From an uncultured Alphaproteobacteria bacterium (GTDB lineage: Bacteria > Pseudomonadota > Alphaproteobacteria > Methylaequorales > Methylaequoraceae), in the NCBI GenBank assembly GCA_902536485.1, contig CACAXP010000002.1:11618-75617 (forward strand): a stretch of DNA of 64,000 bases. The letters are read 5' to 3'. How positions within the stretch are numbered: position 1 is the first letter of the stretch; every line of letters starts with the position of its first letter. Position numbers and translations under genes: made by a program. The notes below the pieces were generated by a model. It saw only the letters and a program-made list of their open reading frames with translations, searched no databases and was not told the origin of the DNA. Below, piece after piece: positions 26,107 through 37,691 of this stretch.

Positions 26107-27225
26107 ATGTTTTCTAATGTTAGAATTGAAAAATTAATATTAAGTAATTACAGAAATCATAAATTTCTTGAATTAGATCTCACAAAAAATATTATTTTAA
26201 TATGTGGAAAAAATGGTTCGGGCAAAACCAATATTTTGGAATCAATATCATTACTCACTTCCAGTAGTGGATTAAAAAAAACAAATTTAACAGAAATTGT
26301 TAATAGTAATCTTAAAGGACCTGTTGAGCTTTTTGGAGTTAGTTTGCTTTGTAGCATTAATAAAAAAAGAATGAAAATTGGTTTGGGACTTAAAAAAACA
26401 GCTAATGGGTTAAAAAAAATAATAAATTTAGAGGGCTCTAAAACAAAAAAAATTGATGAATATTTCAGTATTTTTTGGATAACCCCTAAAATGACATTCA
26501 TTTTCCAAAACAGTAGAGAAGATAGGAGAAATTTTATTGATAAGATGATTTGCTCCATTGATTTTTCCTTCAAAAAATTTCTTTTGCTTTATGACAGATA
26601 TAAAAGTGAAAGAATAAGAATTTTAAAAAAGTGGAATGAGGAATCAGAAAAATGGCTTGTTTTAATTGAAAAAAAAATAGCTGCAACTGGAATAATTATT
26701 TGTGATGCTCGAAGAAAATTTATTAAGCAATTAAATTTTTATCTTAGCGACCCAGATCGTCCTTTTCATCCTTTAGAAATAGAATTAAGTGGCGAGTTAG
26801 ATTCACTTCTTTTGAAAAAGCCAGCGATAGTAGTAGAAGATTTTTTTTTTAAAAAACTAAAGGAAAATAGAAGAAAAGATTTTCTTACAGGGAGAACAAA
26901 TTTTAGTGCAAATAAAACAGATTTAATTGTAATAAATAAAAATTATCGTAGAGAGGCAAAAAGCCACTCAACAGGAGAACAAAAAGTAATTATTTTTCTA
27001 ATTATTTTTTCATTCATAAAAATTTTAAAGAATCAAAAAAACTTAAAGATTCTATTTTTACTTGATGACGTATTCTCATTTCTTGATAAAAATTTTGTTT
27101 TTGAGGTTTTGGATCAGCTTAATAAGTTAAAAATCCAAACTTGGCTGACTGATGTAAGTGGTGGTTGGATAATGAAAAAAGAAAATTTTAAACCGATTAT
27201 TGATAAGATAAATATTGGTGAATAA
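26107..27225 (+). CDS. recF: DNA replication and repair protein RecF
   Basis: 372 aa. Walker A GKNGSGKTNILE, signature HSTGEQK, Walker B LFLLDDV. Confidence 0.9.
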   Translation: MFSNVRIEKLILSNYRNHKFLELDLTKNIILICGKNGSGKTNILESISLLTSSSGLKKTNLTEIVNSNLKGPVELFGVSLLCSINKKRMKIGLGLKKTANGLKKIINLEGSKTKKIDEYFSIFWITPKMTFIFQNSREDRRNFIDKMICSIDFSFKKFLLLYDRYKSERIRILKKWNEESEKWLVLIEKKIAATGIIICDARRKFIKQLNFYLSDPDRPFHPLEIELSGELDSLLLKKPAIVVEDFFFKKLKENRRKDFLTGRTNFSANKTDLIVINKNYRREAKSHSTGEQKVIIFLIIFSFIKILKNQKNLKILFLLDDVFSFLDKNFVFEVLDQLNKLKIQTWLTDVSGGWIMKKENFKPIIDKINIGE

Positions 27226-27228
27226 AGG

Positions 27229-27256
27229 TTTAAACTTAATATTAATAGGGTATAAT
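27229..27256 (+). promoter_or_regulatory. Candidate promoter of gyrB
   Basis: TTTAAA (27229-27234), 16-nt spacer, TATAAT (27251-27256), 23 nt upstream of the TTG start. Confidence 0.35.
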
Positions 27257-27264
27257 AGCCTTAA

Positions 27265-29697
<2,433 letters not shown>

Positions 29698-29738
29698 AAA
29701 TCATTATCTAATTCAAAAACTATAGGAAAAATTGGCCT

Positions 29739-31616
29739 GTGAGGGTTTTTAAATGGTTTTTTTTAATATTTATTTGGTTAATACTCTTTATGAGTTTAGC
29801 TGTAACTTGGTCACTCCTAAATTTACCTGAGACTGAATCAATACAAATTTCTAGGCAACCTAGTATAACTTTTCTTGATAAAGAAGGGAGAATTATTGCT
29901 TCATATGGGGATATATATGGCCAAACTATCCAGTATAAAAACTTACCTAAAGACTTAATAAATGCAGTAATCGTAACCGAAGATAAAAGATTTTTTTCGC
30001 ATATAGGTGTTGATTTAAAAGGGATAATTAGAGCTACATATGTAAATTTAAAAGCGGGAAAAATTGTTCAAGGTGGTAGTACAATAACACAACAGTTGGC
30101 AAAAAATCTTTTTTTAACACCTGAAAGATCATTTACTCGTAAACTTCACGAATTAATTTTAAGTTTTTGGCTAGAAATGAGATTTACTAAGCAGCAATTA
30201 CTCAGTATTTACTTAAATAGAGTCTATCTCGGTTCTGGGACATATGGGGTGCAAGCGGCATCAGAAAAGTATTTTAACAAAAAAGTAGAGGAACTAAATC
30301 TTTATGAATGCGCATTAATTGCAAGTTTACTAAAGGCACCCTCAAAATATAACCCAATTTCAAATGAAAAACTTTCAAGAATAAGGACATCAAAAGTTTT
30401 AGAAAATATGGCTAAAAATAAATTAATTACTTTTAGAAATGTTAAAGAAGCCAAATTAAACAACAAAAAATATGATAAATTTACATCGGCACCAAAAAGT
30501 ACAAGATATTTCGTAGATTGGTTATTACCAAGAGTTAAGGCATATTTAGGTGAAATTGATGAAGATTTGATAATTAGAACAACTTTGGATGTTCAACTGC
30601 AAGAAATCGCTGAAAAATCCGTAAATCAAATTACCTCAAAATATGAATCAGCTGATCAATCAGCTTTGGTCGCGTTAAACTTAAACGGAGAAGTCTTGGC
30701 AATGATTGGCGGAAGAGACTATGGCGACTCACAATTCAACAGAGTAACCCAAGCACAAAGACAACCTGGTTCAGCTTTTAAACTATTTGTCTATTTGGCA
30801 GGTTTAAAAAGCGGTTATTCACCAGATGACTTAATGCTAGACTCTGAAATAAATATTAATGGATGGTCACCTAAAAATTATAAAAAAGAATATATGGGTG
30901 AAGTCTCAATCAGTGATGCCTTTGCTAAATCAATAAATACCGTTGCGGTAAAATTATCCGAGAGTATTGGTAGAGAAAATGTAATTCAAACTGCAAAATC
31001 ATTGGGTGTTAATAGTCCTTTGCTAAATTCACCTTCAATTGCTCTAGGTACTTCAGAAGTCAATTTATTAGAACTAACTTCGGCTTATAATGTTCTTGCT
31101 AATAATGGAAATGGAATTTTTGTTCATGGTATAAGATCCATAGAAAATACATCAGGAAAATTGTTGTTTATGAGAGAGGGTTCAGGGCCAGGAAAAATAC
31201 TTGATTCGTTTGTCGTTTCCACCATGACCAAAATGATGGAACAAACAATTACAAATGGAACGGGTCGAAAAGCGAAAATTGACAGACCAGCTGCTGGAAA
31301 AACAGGAACAAGTCAATCCCTCAGAGATGCATGGTTTATTGGTTTCACTTCTGATTTAGTGGTAGGTGTTTGGTTTGGTAATGACAATGATTCTCCAATG
31401 AATGAAATTACTGGAGGGACAGCACCAGCAATTTTGTGGAGTGATTTTATGCAAAAGGCGCATAGCGGTGTTCCAGTTAAGTCCTTACAATATGCTAATG
31501 AAAATAAAATAAGAAAATTTAAAAATAACGACAAAATAAATAGAATTATTTCAAAAAGTAAAAGATTAAACGAACAGAAGAGTGTTTTTGAAAGAATTTT
31601 GGATAATTTTTTTTGA
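29739..31616 (+). CDS. Class A penicillin-binding protein (glycosyltransferase + transpeptidase)
   Basis: 625 aa. GT51 motifs EDKRFFSHIGVD and GGSTITQQLAKN. Transpeptidase motifs SAFK (PGSAFKLFVY), SIN and KTGT. GTG start and an N-terminal membrane anchor. Confidence 0.88.
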   Translation: MRVFKWFFLIFIWLILFMSLAVTWSLLNLPETESIQISRQPSITFLDKEGRIIASYGDIYGQTIQYKNLPKDLINAVIVTEDKRFFSHIGVDLKGIIRATYVNLKAGKIVQGGSTITQQLAKNLFLTPERSFTRKLHELILSFWLEMRFTKQQLLSIYLNRVYLGSGTYGVQAASEKYFNKKVEELNLYECALIASLLKAPSKYNPISNEKLSRIRTSKVLENMAKNKLITFRNVKEAKLNNKKYDKFTSAPKSTRYFVDWLLPRVKAYLGEIDEDLIIRTTLDVQLQEIAEKSVNQITSKYESADQSALVALNLNGEVLAMIGGRDYGDSQFNRVTQAQRQPGSAFKLFVYLAGLKSGYSPDDLMLDSEININGWSPKNYKKEYMGEVSISDAFAKSINTVAVKLSESIGRENVIQTAKSLGVNSPLLNSPSIALGTSEVNLLELTSAYNVLANNGNGIFVHGIRSIENTSGKLLFMREGSGPGKILDSFVVSTMTKMMEQTITNGTGRKAKIDRPAAGKTGTSQSLRDAWFIGFTSDLVVGVWFGNDNDSPMNEITGGTAPAILWSDFMQKAHSGVPVKSLQYANENKIRKFKNNDKINRIISKSKRLNEQKSVFERILDNFF

Positions 31617-32198
31617 TTAGTGTAAAGCTATATTTCCTTTTAATTCATTAGGTCTAAAAAATTTAATATAACTATCATTTTTATCAAGCAAAAAGATTAG
31701 TGAACTGTGATCTATCAAGTAGTCTTTATCTAAAGGATTACTCTTGTTAATTTTCACATAAATTTTGAATTTTTTAAGTACCTTTTTTATATCTTCGTTT
31801 GTACCGGTTAGAGCAATGAATGATTGGTCAAAATTTTCCATAAAGATTTTAAGTTTTTTTATTGTATCTCTTTCTGGGTCTACAGTAATAAAGATAGGTC
31901 TAATTTTTTTTTTTAGATTAGGATTGTTCTCGAAAATTTTAGATATTTTCAATAGATCAAAAGGGCAAACATCTGGACAGTAGGTGTAACCAAAGTATAT
32001 CAATTTTTTTTGATTCACTTTACTAGAATCAAAGATCTTACCATTCTGGTCGGTTAAAATAAAACTTCCCCCTAAAGTTATATTAGGAGCTTTTTTATTA
32101 TACAAAAAATTTATGAATAAAATGACTACTAGTATGAAAAAAACTAATACAATCATCATCAATAAATTTTTTTTAAAAAGAGATTTATAATTTGGCAT
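31617..32198 (-). CDS. SCO1/SenC-family copper chaperone (thioredoxin fold)
   Basis: 193 aa. N-terminal TM helix, the CPDVCP motif (FGYTYCPDVCP) and a conserved His near the C-terminus (LIDHSS). Confidence 0.85.
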   Translation of the reverse strand: MPNYKSLFKKNLLMMIVLVFFILVVILFINFLYNKKAPNITLGGSFILTDQNGKIFDSSKVNQKKLIYFGYTYCPDVCPFDLLKISKIFENNPNLKKKIRPIFITVDPERDTIKKLKIFMENFDQSFIALTGTNEDIKKVLKKFKIYVKINKSNPLDKDYLIDHSSLIFLLDKNDSYIKFFRPNELKGNIALH

Positions 32199-32856
32199 TT
32201 TCTAAAATTATATAAACATCACTTACTGATTTGTCTAGTTTTAAGCTATGATTAAATTTAATTTCCTTTGCATTAGCAAAAACTTTATATTTAAAATTCT
32301 TATCCAATTTTTTTAATAAAATTTCATGTATATTTTCAAGAACTGACTTTACTGAAACTTTAATAATTAATTTTTCAAAATTTCTAATATTAAGAATTTT
32401 TTTGCAATCAACTTTTGTCTTAGGATAAAAAAAACTTACTGACGAATTTTTATTCCTATTTGTTAAAAATAAATTTCTTTTGTTAATCCAAAGTATTATT
32501 TCCGGAATTCCAAAAACCTTTTCAACCTGAATTTTTTTTTTTTTAAAGAATAGATCTTCATTATTTTCAAAAAATAAAAATGAATCTCCAACTATCAAAT
32601 GAGAAATAGAATTATATTTTTCAAAAAGTTTATGAATAACTTTTGACAACATCATTTTAGAGACAGCTAAGTCCTCTTCAAAAAAAAATTTCTTATTACT
32701 TTGCATTAAAATTTTTTTATATTGGAAATGAAATTTCTTTGAAAAAATAATCAAATCAGAACTTGATAAAATATCTATGGCTTCAACAGTTAAATCAAAA
32801 AAATTATTCGGATTTGATCCTATAATATAGATTTTCTTTGAAGAGTGTGCAATCAT
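32185..32856 (-). CDS. Tetrapyrrole (corrin/porphyrin) methylase-like protein with degenerate SAM-binding motifs
   Basis: 223 aa, alignable by eye to SUMT/CobA. KIYIIGSNPNNFFDLTVEAIDIL stands for VGAGPGDPELLT..A...L, HLIVGDSFLFFENNED for RLKGGDPFIFGRGGEE, and VFGIPEI for VPGITSA. The Gly-rich motifs are not conserved. Confidence 0.45.
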   Translation of the reverse strand: MIAHSSKKIYIIGSNPNNFFDLTVEAIDILSSSDLIIFSKKFHFQYKKILMQSNKKFFFEEDLAVSKMMLSKVIHKLFEKYNSISHLIVGDSFLFFENNEDLFFKKKKIQVEKVFGIPEIILWINKRNLFLTNRNKNSSVSFFYPKTKVDCKKILNIRNFEKLIIKVSVKSVLENIHEILLKKLDKNFKYKVFANAKEIKFNHSLKLDKSVSDVYIILENAKL

Positions 32857-32877
32857 ACAAATTTAGAATAGACTTTT

Positions 32878-33462
32878 ATGAAAAAAAAAAATATTAAAAA
32901 ATTTTTAGTTTTTATATTTACTTTTCTTTCATTTCAAAATTCACTTGCCGTCGACGACAGTGATATTTTTGTTGAAGCTGTTCTTTTTACTGCTGTAAAA
33001 AAATCTAATTATGAAAAAGTTATTGAAATGCTTGAGAGGGGGGTTACCACAAATATTCATGATAGTGATGATATGTCACCACTTGCTTATGCCTTAAGAA
33101 ATGATGATGAAAAGATGTTTGAGCTTCTTTTGAAAAATGATGCTGATGTAAATCACCAAATTTTACAAAAGACTTCACTCTTAACTTTTTATATAAAAAG
33201 CAAAAAATCAAAATTACTTGCAAGACTTCTAAGGGCTAATGCTGATATTAACTTTCAGGATAGTATAGGAATGACCCCAATGATGCACGCAATTGAAAAT
33301 ATAAATATCGATGCTATTAAATTGCTTGTAAGCATCGACTATAGAGATGTTTTAGATTCAGAAATAACCGATTATAGTGGAAAAACAATGTTTGATTATG
33401 CAGAGAACTCAAGAAATAATTATTTAAAAAAATTAATTATTGATATGAAAAATACTTTTTAG
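32878..33462 (+). CDS. Secreted ankyrin-repeat protein
   Basis: 194 aa. Signal peptide (FLVFIFTFLSFQNSLA), then ankyrin repeats (MSPLAYALRNDDEKMFELLLKNDADVNHQ...; GMTPMMHAIENINIDAIKLLVS). Confidence 0.75.
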   Translation: MKKKNIKKFLVFIFTFLSFQNSLAVDDSDIFVEAVLFTAVKKSNYEKVIEMLERGVTTNIHDSDDMSPLAYALRNDDEKMFELLLKNDADVNHQILQKTSLLTFYIKSKKSKLLARLLRANADINFQDSIGMTPMMHAIENINIDAIKLLVSIDYRDVLDSEITDYSGKTMFDYAENSRNNYLKKLIIDMKNTF

Positions 33463-34167
33463 TTTTTTAGCAATCAAGTTTTGAATATCGCCAATTGCCA
33501 TCAAAGTGTTTAATACCTGATGGTTCTTAGGATCTAGTCTATTAAAAGAATTCAAGTTTTTTTTCTGCAAATATCCTTTAAATAGAAAAATTGGTTGAAC
33601 AATCAAAAAATAATTTTTATTTTTAAGATTTTTTATTTTCTTTATGAACTCGGTTTCCTCTCCTACAAAACATGAATAAGCTTTAGAAATATTTAAATTT
33701 TTAGCTAGTTTTTCAGTGTAAATTTTAAGTTCCGAACTAACTTTTGGGTTCTTACTTTTGGAACAGAATGTAACTAAAATATTTGTTTTATCTGTTTTTA
33801 GCATTTTTGATATTTTCTTTTTTAGTATTGGCATCACTTCTTTAGTCAAAGAAATTTTATCTATTAACTTAATTTCAAGTTTTAAGCTTTTCGATAAATC
33901 CTTTATCTTAGCTTTAATGTCTTTTTCAAAATGTCCTCCGCTAAAAAGTAAAAATGGAAAAAAAAAAACCTTTTCAATTCCCTTCTGTTTAATAGTTTTT
34001 AGACAATTTTCTATATCGGGTTGATTCTTTTCGATGAAACAAAAATAACAATTGGTATGAATTTTTTTTTCAATCATCTTGTGGCTTTTTTTAAAATCTT
34101 GCTTAAAAGAGTCAAATGATGACCCATGACCGCAAAGAACTAATGCTGCGTTATTACTCTTTAACAT
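33433..34167 (-). CDS. CbiX/SirB-family (sirohydrochlorin-type) chelatase, two-domain form
   Basis: 244 aa. The N-domain has ALVLCGHGSS and FFFPFLLFSGGHFEKDI, the CbiX His motifs. The C-domain repeat lacks the His residues (VTFCSKSK; QPIFLFKGY). Confidence 0.6.
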   Translation of the reverse strand: MLKSNNAALVLCGHGSSFDSFKQDFKKSHKMIEKKIHTNCYFCFIEKNQPDIENCLKTIKQKGIEKVFFFPFLLFSGGHFEKDIKAKIKDLSKSLKLEIKLIDKISLTKEVMPILKKKISKMLKTDKTNILVTFCSKSKNPKVSSELKIYTEKLAKNLNISKAYSCFVGEETEFIKKIKNLKNKNYFLIVQPIFLFKGYLQKKNLNSFNRLDPKNHQVLNTLMAIGDIQNLIAKKLKSIFHINN

Positions 34168-34843
34168 CCTTAGTAATTCGTGAGATTATTTTTGTTAAAT
34201 CATCAATTTCTTTATTAAAGGTTTGATATCTAATAATGTCATCTGGACTTAATTTTTTTTTATGAACAACCTCATTTAAATCGTTACGAGGTTGAAGATA
34301 CGATCCTTCTATTGAGGTTCCAATGAATAAGCCATCATTGTTAGAGAATGAATAAACATCTGCTAACCTTGGTGTACTCTCAGCAGAATAACCAACGCCG
34401 CCTTTTACGACTACTGCGTCTACATCTACCCCAAGCTTAACTCTTTCTTTAAGAATTGATTTTAGACCTCTATTTGTCATAACTGTCATAACAACTCTTC
34501 CTGATTTAGCTCCAGCCTGAAGCCCTATGCTCAAACCGCCTAATGAATAAAAAAAAGGTCCTGTAAACTTCTCTCCTTTTTTAATTAACAAGATTCCATT
34601 ACCACCTTTGGCTCCAAAAATAAAACCACCTTCATAAACCTCTGGAAAAATTAAAATAGCCCTAGATTTTGACATATATTTTTGAAAATTTTTAATGTCA
34701 CTGTTTTGATGTAATATTTTTAAAGTATCTTCGGATGATTCAATCAAGTTTACTACAGTAAGTTTTTTTTCATTAATAGCAAAAACTGTCAGAGGGAATA
34801 AACAAGTATAAAGAATAATAATGAATCTAAAATTTTGCAGCAT
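34154..34843 (-). CDS. Secreted SYLF-domain (DUF500 / Ysc84-like) protein
   Basis: 229 aa. Signal peptide, then AILIFPEVYEGGFIFGAKGGNGILL...GPFFYSLGGLSIGLQAGAKSGRVVMTVM, the pattern I associate with the SYLF lipid-binding domain. Confidence 0.65.
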   Translation of the reverse strand: MLQNFRFIIILYTCLFPLTVFAINEKKLTVVNLIESSEDTLKILHQNSDIKNFQKYMSKSRAILIFPEVYEGGFIFGAKGGNGILLIKKGEKFTGPFFYSLGGLSIGLQAGAKSGRVVMTVMTNRGLKSILKERVKLGVDVDAVVVKGGVGYSAESTPRLADVYSFSNNDGLFIGTSIEGSYLQPRNDLNEVVHKKKLSPDDIIRYQTFNKEIDDLTKIISRITKDVKE

Positions 34844-34900
34844 AAATTAAATAGTTTAATTTAAATATATTTAAATTATAATTAACATAAAATTAAAAAT

Positions 34901-35323
34901 ATGAAAATAAACATCATTATTCTTACCTTGTTTTTTTTCTTTTTCTCTAAATTAAATGCTGGACAAATTTTTATAGTTGTTAAGAATATTGAGGAAAAAG
35001 TTGGATCAATTCACTTTGCATTATATGATGACGCAGACTTTTTTCCCGATAATGAAGGAAAAAAAATTGGTTTTAAAAAAGATGTTAAGGAAGTAATTGA
35101 GCAGGGCGTTTTAATTGAAGATCTTGAAGAGTCATATTACGCAATTGCCATTTATCATGATAAAAACTCTAATAATAAATTTGATACTTTTTTTGCAGTT
35201 CCTCAAGAAAGATACGGTTTTAGTAATAACGCACCGGTTTTTTTTGGGCCACCTTCATTTGAAGAGGCTTCTTTTTTTGTGAAAAATGAAGAAATGATAA
35301 AAATTGAAATAAGTTTAAGGTAA
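34901..35323 (+). CDS. Secreted DUF2141-family protein
   Basis: 140 aa. Signal peptide, then GSIHFALYDD...YAIAIYHDKNSNNKFDT...PQERYGFSNNA...GPPSFEEASF, which matches remembered DUF2141. Confidence 0.6.
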   Translation: MKINIIILTLFFFFFSKLNAGQIFIVVKNIEEKVGSIHFALYDDADFFPDNEGKKIGFKKDVKEVIEQGVLIEDLEESYYAIAIYHDKNSNNKFDTFFAVPQERYGFSNNAPVFFGPPSFEEASFFVKNEEMIKIEISLR

Positions 35324-35329
35324 GATTGT

Positions 35330-36274
35330 ATGAACAAAAGAATATTGGTTACTGGTGGTGCTGGATTTATTGGTTCTTATTTATGCGAAAAATTAGTGAA
35401 TAAAGGCAATTATGTTATTTGTTGTGATAATTTTTATACAGGAAACAAAAAAAACCTCGTTAATTTACTCAATAATAAAAATTTTGAATTAATTCAACAT
35501 GATATAACCTTTCCAATTTATTTGGAAGTTGATGAGATATTCAATTTTGCTTGTCCTGCATCTCCAGTTCATTATCAGAATGATCCAGTTCAAACAATTA
35601 AGACGTGTGTTCACGGTGCTATAAACATGTTAGGTCTAGCAAAAAGAACTAAAGCTAAAATTATACAAGCTTCTACTTCAGAAATTTATGGTGATCCGGA
35701 AATTCATCCTCAAACAGAAGAATACAAAGGAGCCGTAAGTATAAATGGTCCAAGAGCTTGCTATGACGAGGGAAAAAGATGTGCAGAAACCTTATTTTGG
35801 GATTATAAAAGACAACATGATGTCGATGTTAAGGTAGTGAGAATTTTTAATACATATGGACCCAGGATGCAAAAACATGATGGAAGAGTGGTTTCAAATT
35901 TTATTGTACAGGCACTTACTAATAAAAATATAACTGTTTATGGGGATGGAAAACAAACACGATCTTTTTGTTATGTTGATGATTTAGTTGAGGGTATATT
36001 ACTAACGATGGAAAAAAAAAATTTTCCTGGCCCGGTTAATTTAGGAAACCCTGTCGAGATTAGTATAATGCAACTTGCCAAAGAAATCACTGAAATGATT
36101 GGAAGTAAATCAAAAGTTATTAATAAAGAACTACCTGTTGATGACCCGAAGCAGAGATGTCCAGACATCGAATTAGCTAAGAAAAAACTGGGATGGAACC
36201 CTAAATTTAAAAGAGAAGAAGGCTTAAAAAAAACTATAGATTACTTTGAAAAATTATTAGAGGAAGAGAGTTAG
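35330..36274 (+). CDS. UDP-glucuronate decarboxylase (UDP-xylose synthase-type extended SDR)
   Basis: 314 aa, near-colinear with remembered UXS1. Matching blocks: [78 protein letters not shown]. Confidence 0.88.
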   Translation: MNKRILVTGGAGFIGSYLCEKLVNKGNYVICCDNFYTGNKKNLVNLLNNKNFELIQHDITFPIYLEVDEIFNFACPASPVHYQNDPVQTIKTCVHGAINMLGLAKRTKAKIIQASTSEIYGDPEIHPQTEEYKGAVSINGPRACYDEGKRCAETLFWDYKRQHDVDVKVVRIFNTYGPRMQKHDGRVVSNFIVQALTNKNITVYGDGKQTRSFCYVDDLVEGILLTMEKKNFPGPVNLGNPVEISIMQLAKEITEMIGSKSKVINKELPVDDPKQRCPDIELAKKKLGWNPKFKREEGLKKTIDYFEKLLEEES

Positions 36275-36275
36275 A

Positions 36276-37691
36276 ATGCCTGAATCTTGTGAAATAATTT
36301 GTTTAGGAGATATAATTTTGGATACTTATTGCGATGGATTAGTTGAGAGGATTTCTCCAGAGGCACCAATTCCAATTCTGAAAGTTAAAAGTGATAAAAA
36401 AAAGGATTTAGGTGGAAGCGGGAATGTAGCTAGAAATATTACGGCAGCCAGAAATAAGTGTCATTTAATTTCTATAGTAGGTGATGATAACAATGCCGAA
36501 ATATTAAGAAAGTTATGTAAAAGAACAGAAGAACTTACCTTTGACCTAGTTGTAGACAAAACAAGATGTACCACTGTAAAACAAAGATTTGTCTCTGGGA
36601 ATCAACAAATTTTAAGAGTAGATAGTGAGTCTAAAGAAAATATCTCAAATATGATAGAGGATAAAATTTTTGAAAGATTTTTAAAAAAATTAAAATATGT
36701 GACTGTGGTTATAATTTCTGATTACAAAAAAGGTATGCTTACTAAAAGTTTATTAAAGAAAATAATTGACACATGCAGAGTTGAGAAAAAAATTGTAATT
36801 GTTGACCCTAAAGATAAAGATTTCAGTATTTATTCTAATGCGAATATAATAACACCAAATCAAAAAGAATTATTTGATGCCACTGAACCAGATTTAAATA
36901 TAAGTGATTATTCAGTAGAGAGGTTGTCAAAAAAAATTATCAAACAGTATGGTTTTGATACTGTAATTACTACCAGAAGTTCAGATGGTATTTCAGTAGT
37001 AAATAAAAATACTAAAATATTACATTTACCATCGCGAGCTAAAGAAGTTTTTGACGTTTCTGGAGCAGGTGACACTGTAGTGTCATATATAGCATCTGGA
37101 ATTGTCAGAAAATTAAGTTTAACTGAGTCTGTAAAAGAGGCTAATGAGGCTGCAGGGGTAGCAGTGGGAAGGTTTGGAACCACAAGAGTATTTAGAGAAG
37201 AGATAGAAAATCGAATCAATAAAAATTCAAAAATTTGCAAATTAAATGAATTGATTGAACAAATAAAGGTTTATAAAAATAAAAGAATTGGTTTTACTAA
37301 TGGTTGTTTTGATCTTATTCATCAAGGGCACATAGATTATTTAAAAAAATCGAGTGAAAAATGTGACTTTTTTATATTAGCATTAAATAGTGATTCTTCT
37401 GTAAAAAAAATAAAAGGATCTTCTCGTCCTATTGTTGATCAAAACGAAAGATCAGAAATTCTAGCACATTATGATTTTATAGATAGAATTATAATTTTTA
37501 ACGAAAAAACTCCACTTAATATTATCAAAAAAATAAAACCACAATTTCTTTTTAAAGGGGATGATTATAAAATATCACAAGTGGTAGGAGCAAAAGAAAT
37601 TGAAAGATGGGGAGGAAAAGTGGTTTTGATTAAATGTATCAAGGGTAAATCAACATCAAAAATTATAGAAAGAATAAAAAATGGAACTTAG
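36276..37691 (+). CDS. hldE: Bifunctional D-beta-D-heptose 7-phosphate kinase / D-beta-D-heptose 1-phosphate adenylyltransferase
   Basis: 471 aa. Ribokinase-like N-domain (DVSGAGDT) and cytidylyltransferase C-domain (GFTNGCFDLIHQGHIDYL). Confidence 0.92.
   Translation: MPESCEIICLGDIILDTYCDGLVERISPEAPIPILKVKSDKKKDLGGSGNVARNITAARNKCHLISIVGDDNNAEILRKLCKRTEELTFDLVVDKTRCTTVKQRFVSGNQQILRVDSESKENISNMIEDKIFERFLKKLKYVTVVIISDYKKGMLTKSLLKKIIDTCRVEKKIVIVDPKDKDFSIYSNANIITPNQKELFDATEPDLNISDYSVERLSKKIIKQYGFDTVITTRSSDGISVVNKNTKILHLPSRAKEVFDVSGAGDTVVSYIASGIVRKLSLTESVKEANEAAGVAVGRFGTTRVFREEIENRINKNSKICKLNELIEQIKVYKNKRIGFTNGCFDLIHQGHIDYLKKSSEKCDFFILALNSDSSVKKIKGSSRPIVDQNERSEILAHYDFIDRIIIFNEKTPLNIIKKIKPQFLFKGDDYKISQVVGAKEIERWGGKVVLIKCIKGKSTSKIIERIKNGT

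Noticed and set aside
32862-32878. An ICE half-site, TTTAGAA, between the methylase-like and ankyrin genes.
   Set aside because: The second half (ACTTTTA) does not match TTCTAAA. A single 7-mer in AT-rich DNA is not significant.
34844-34878. AT-only palindromes in the divergent SYLF/DUF2141 intergenic region: AAATTAAA-TAG-TTTAATTT and the 22-nt TAATTTAAATATATTTAAATTA.
   Set aside because: They consist only of A and T. In DNA this AT-rich, palindromes of this length are expected by chance at an appreciable rate, and they match no known operator. They are worth rechecking only if conserved in relatives.
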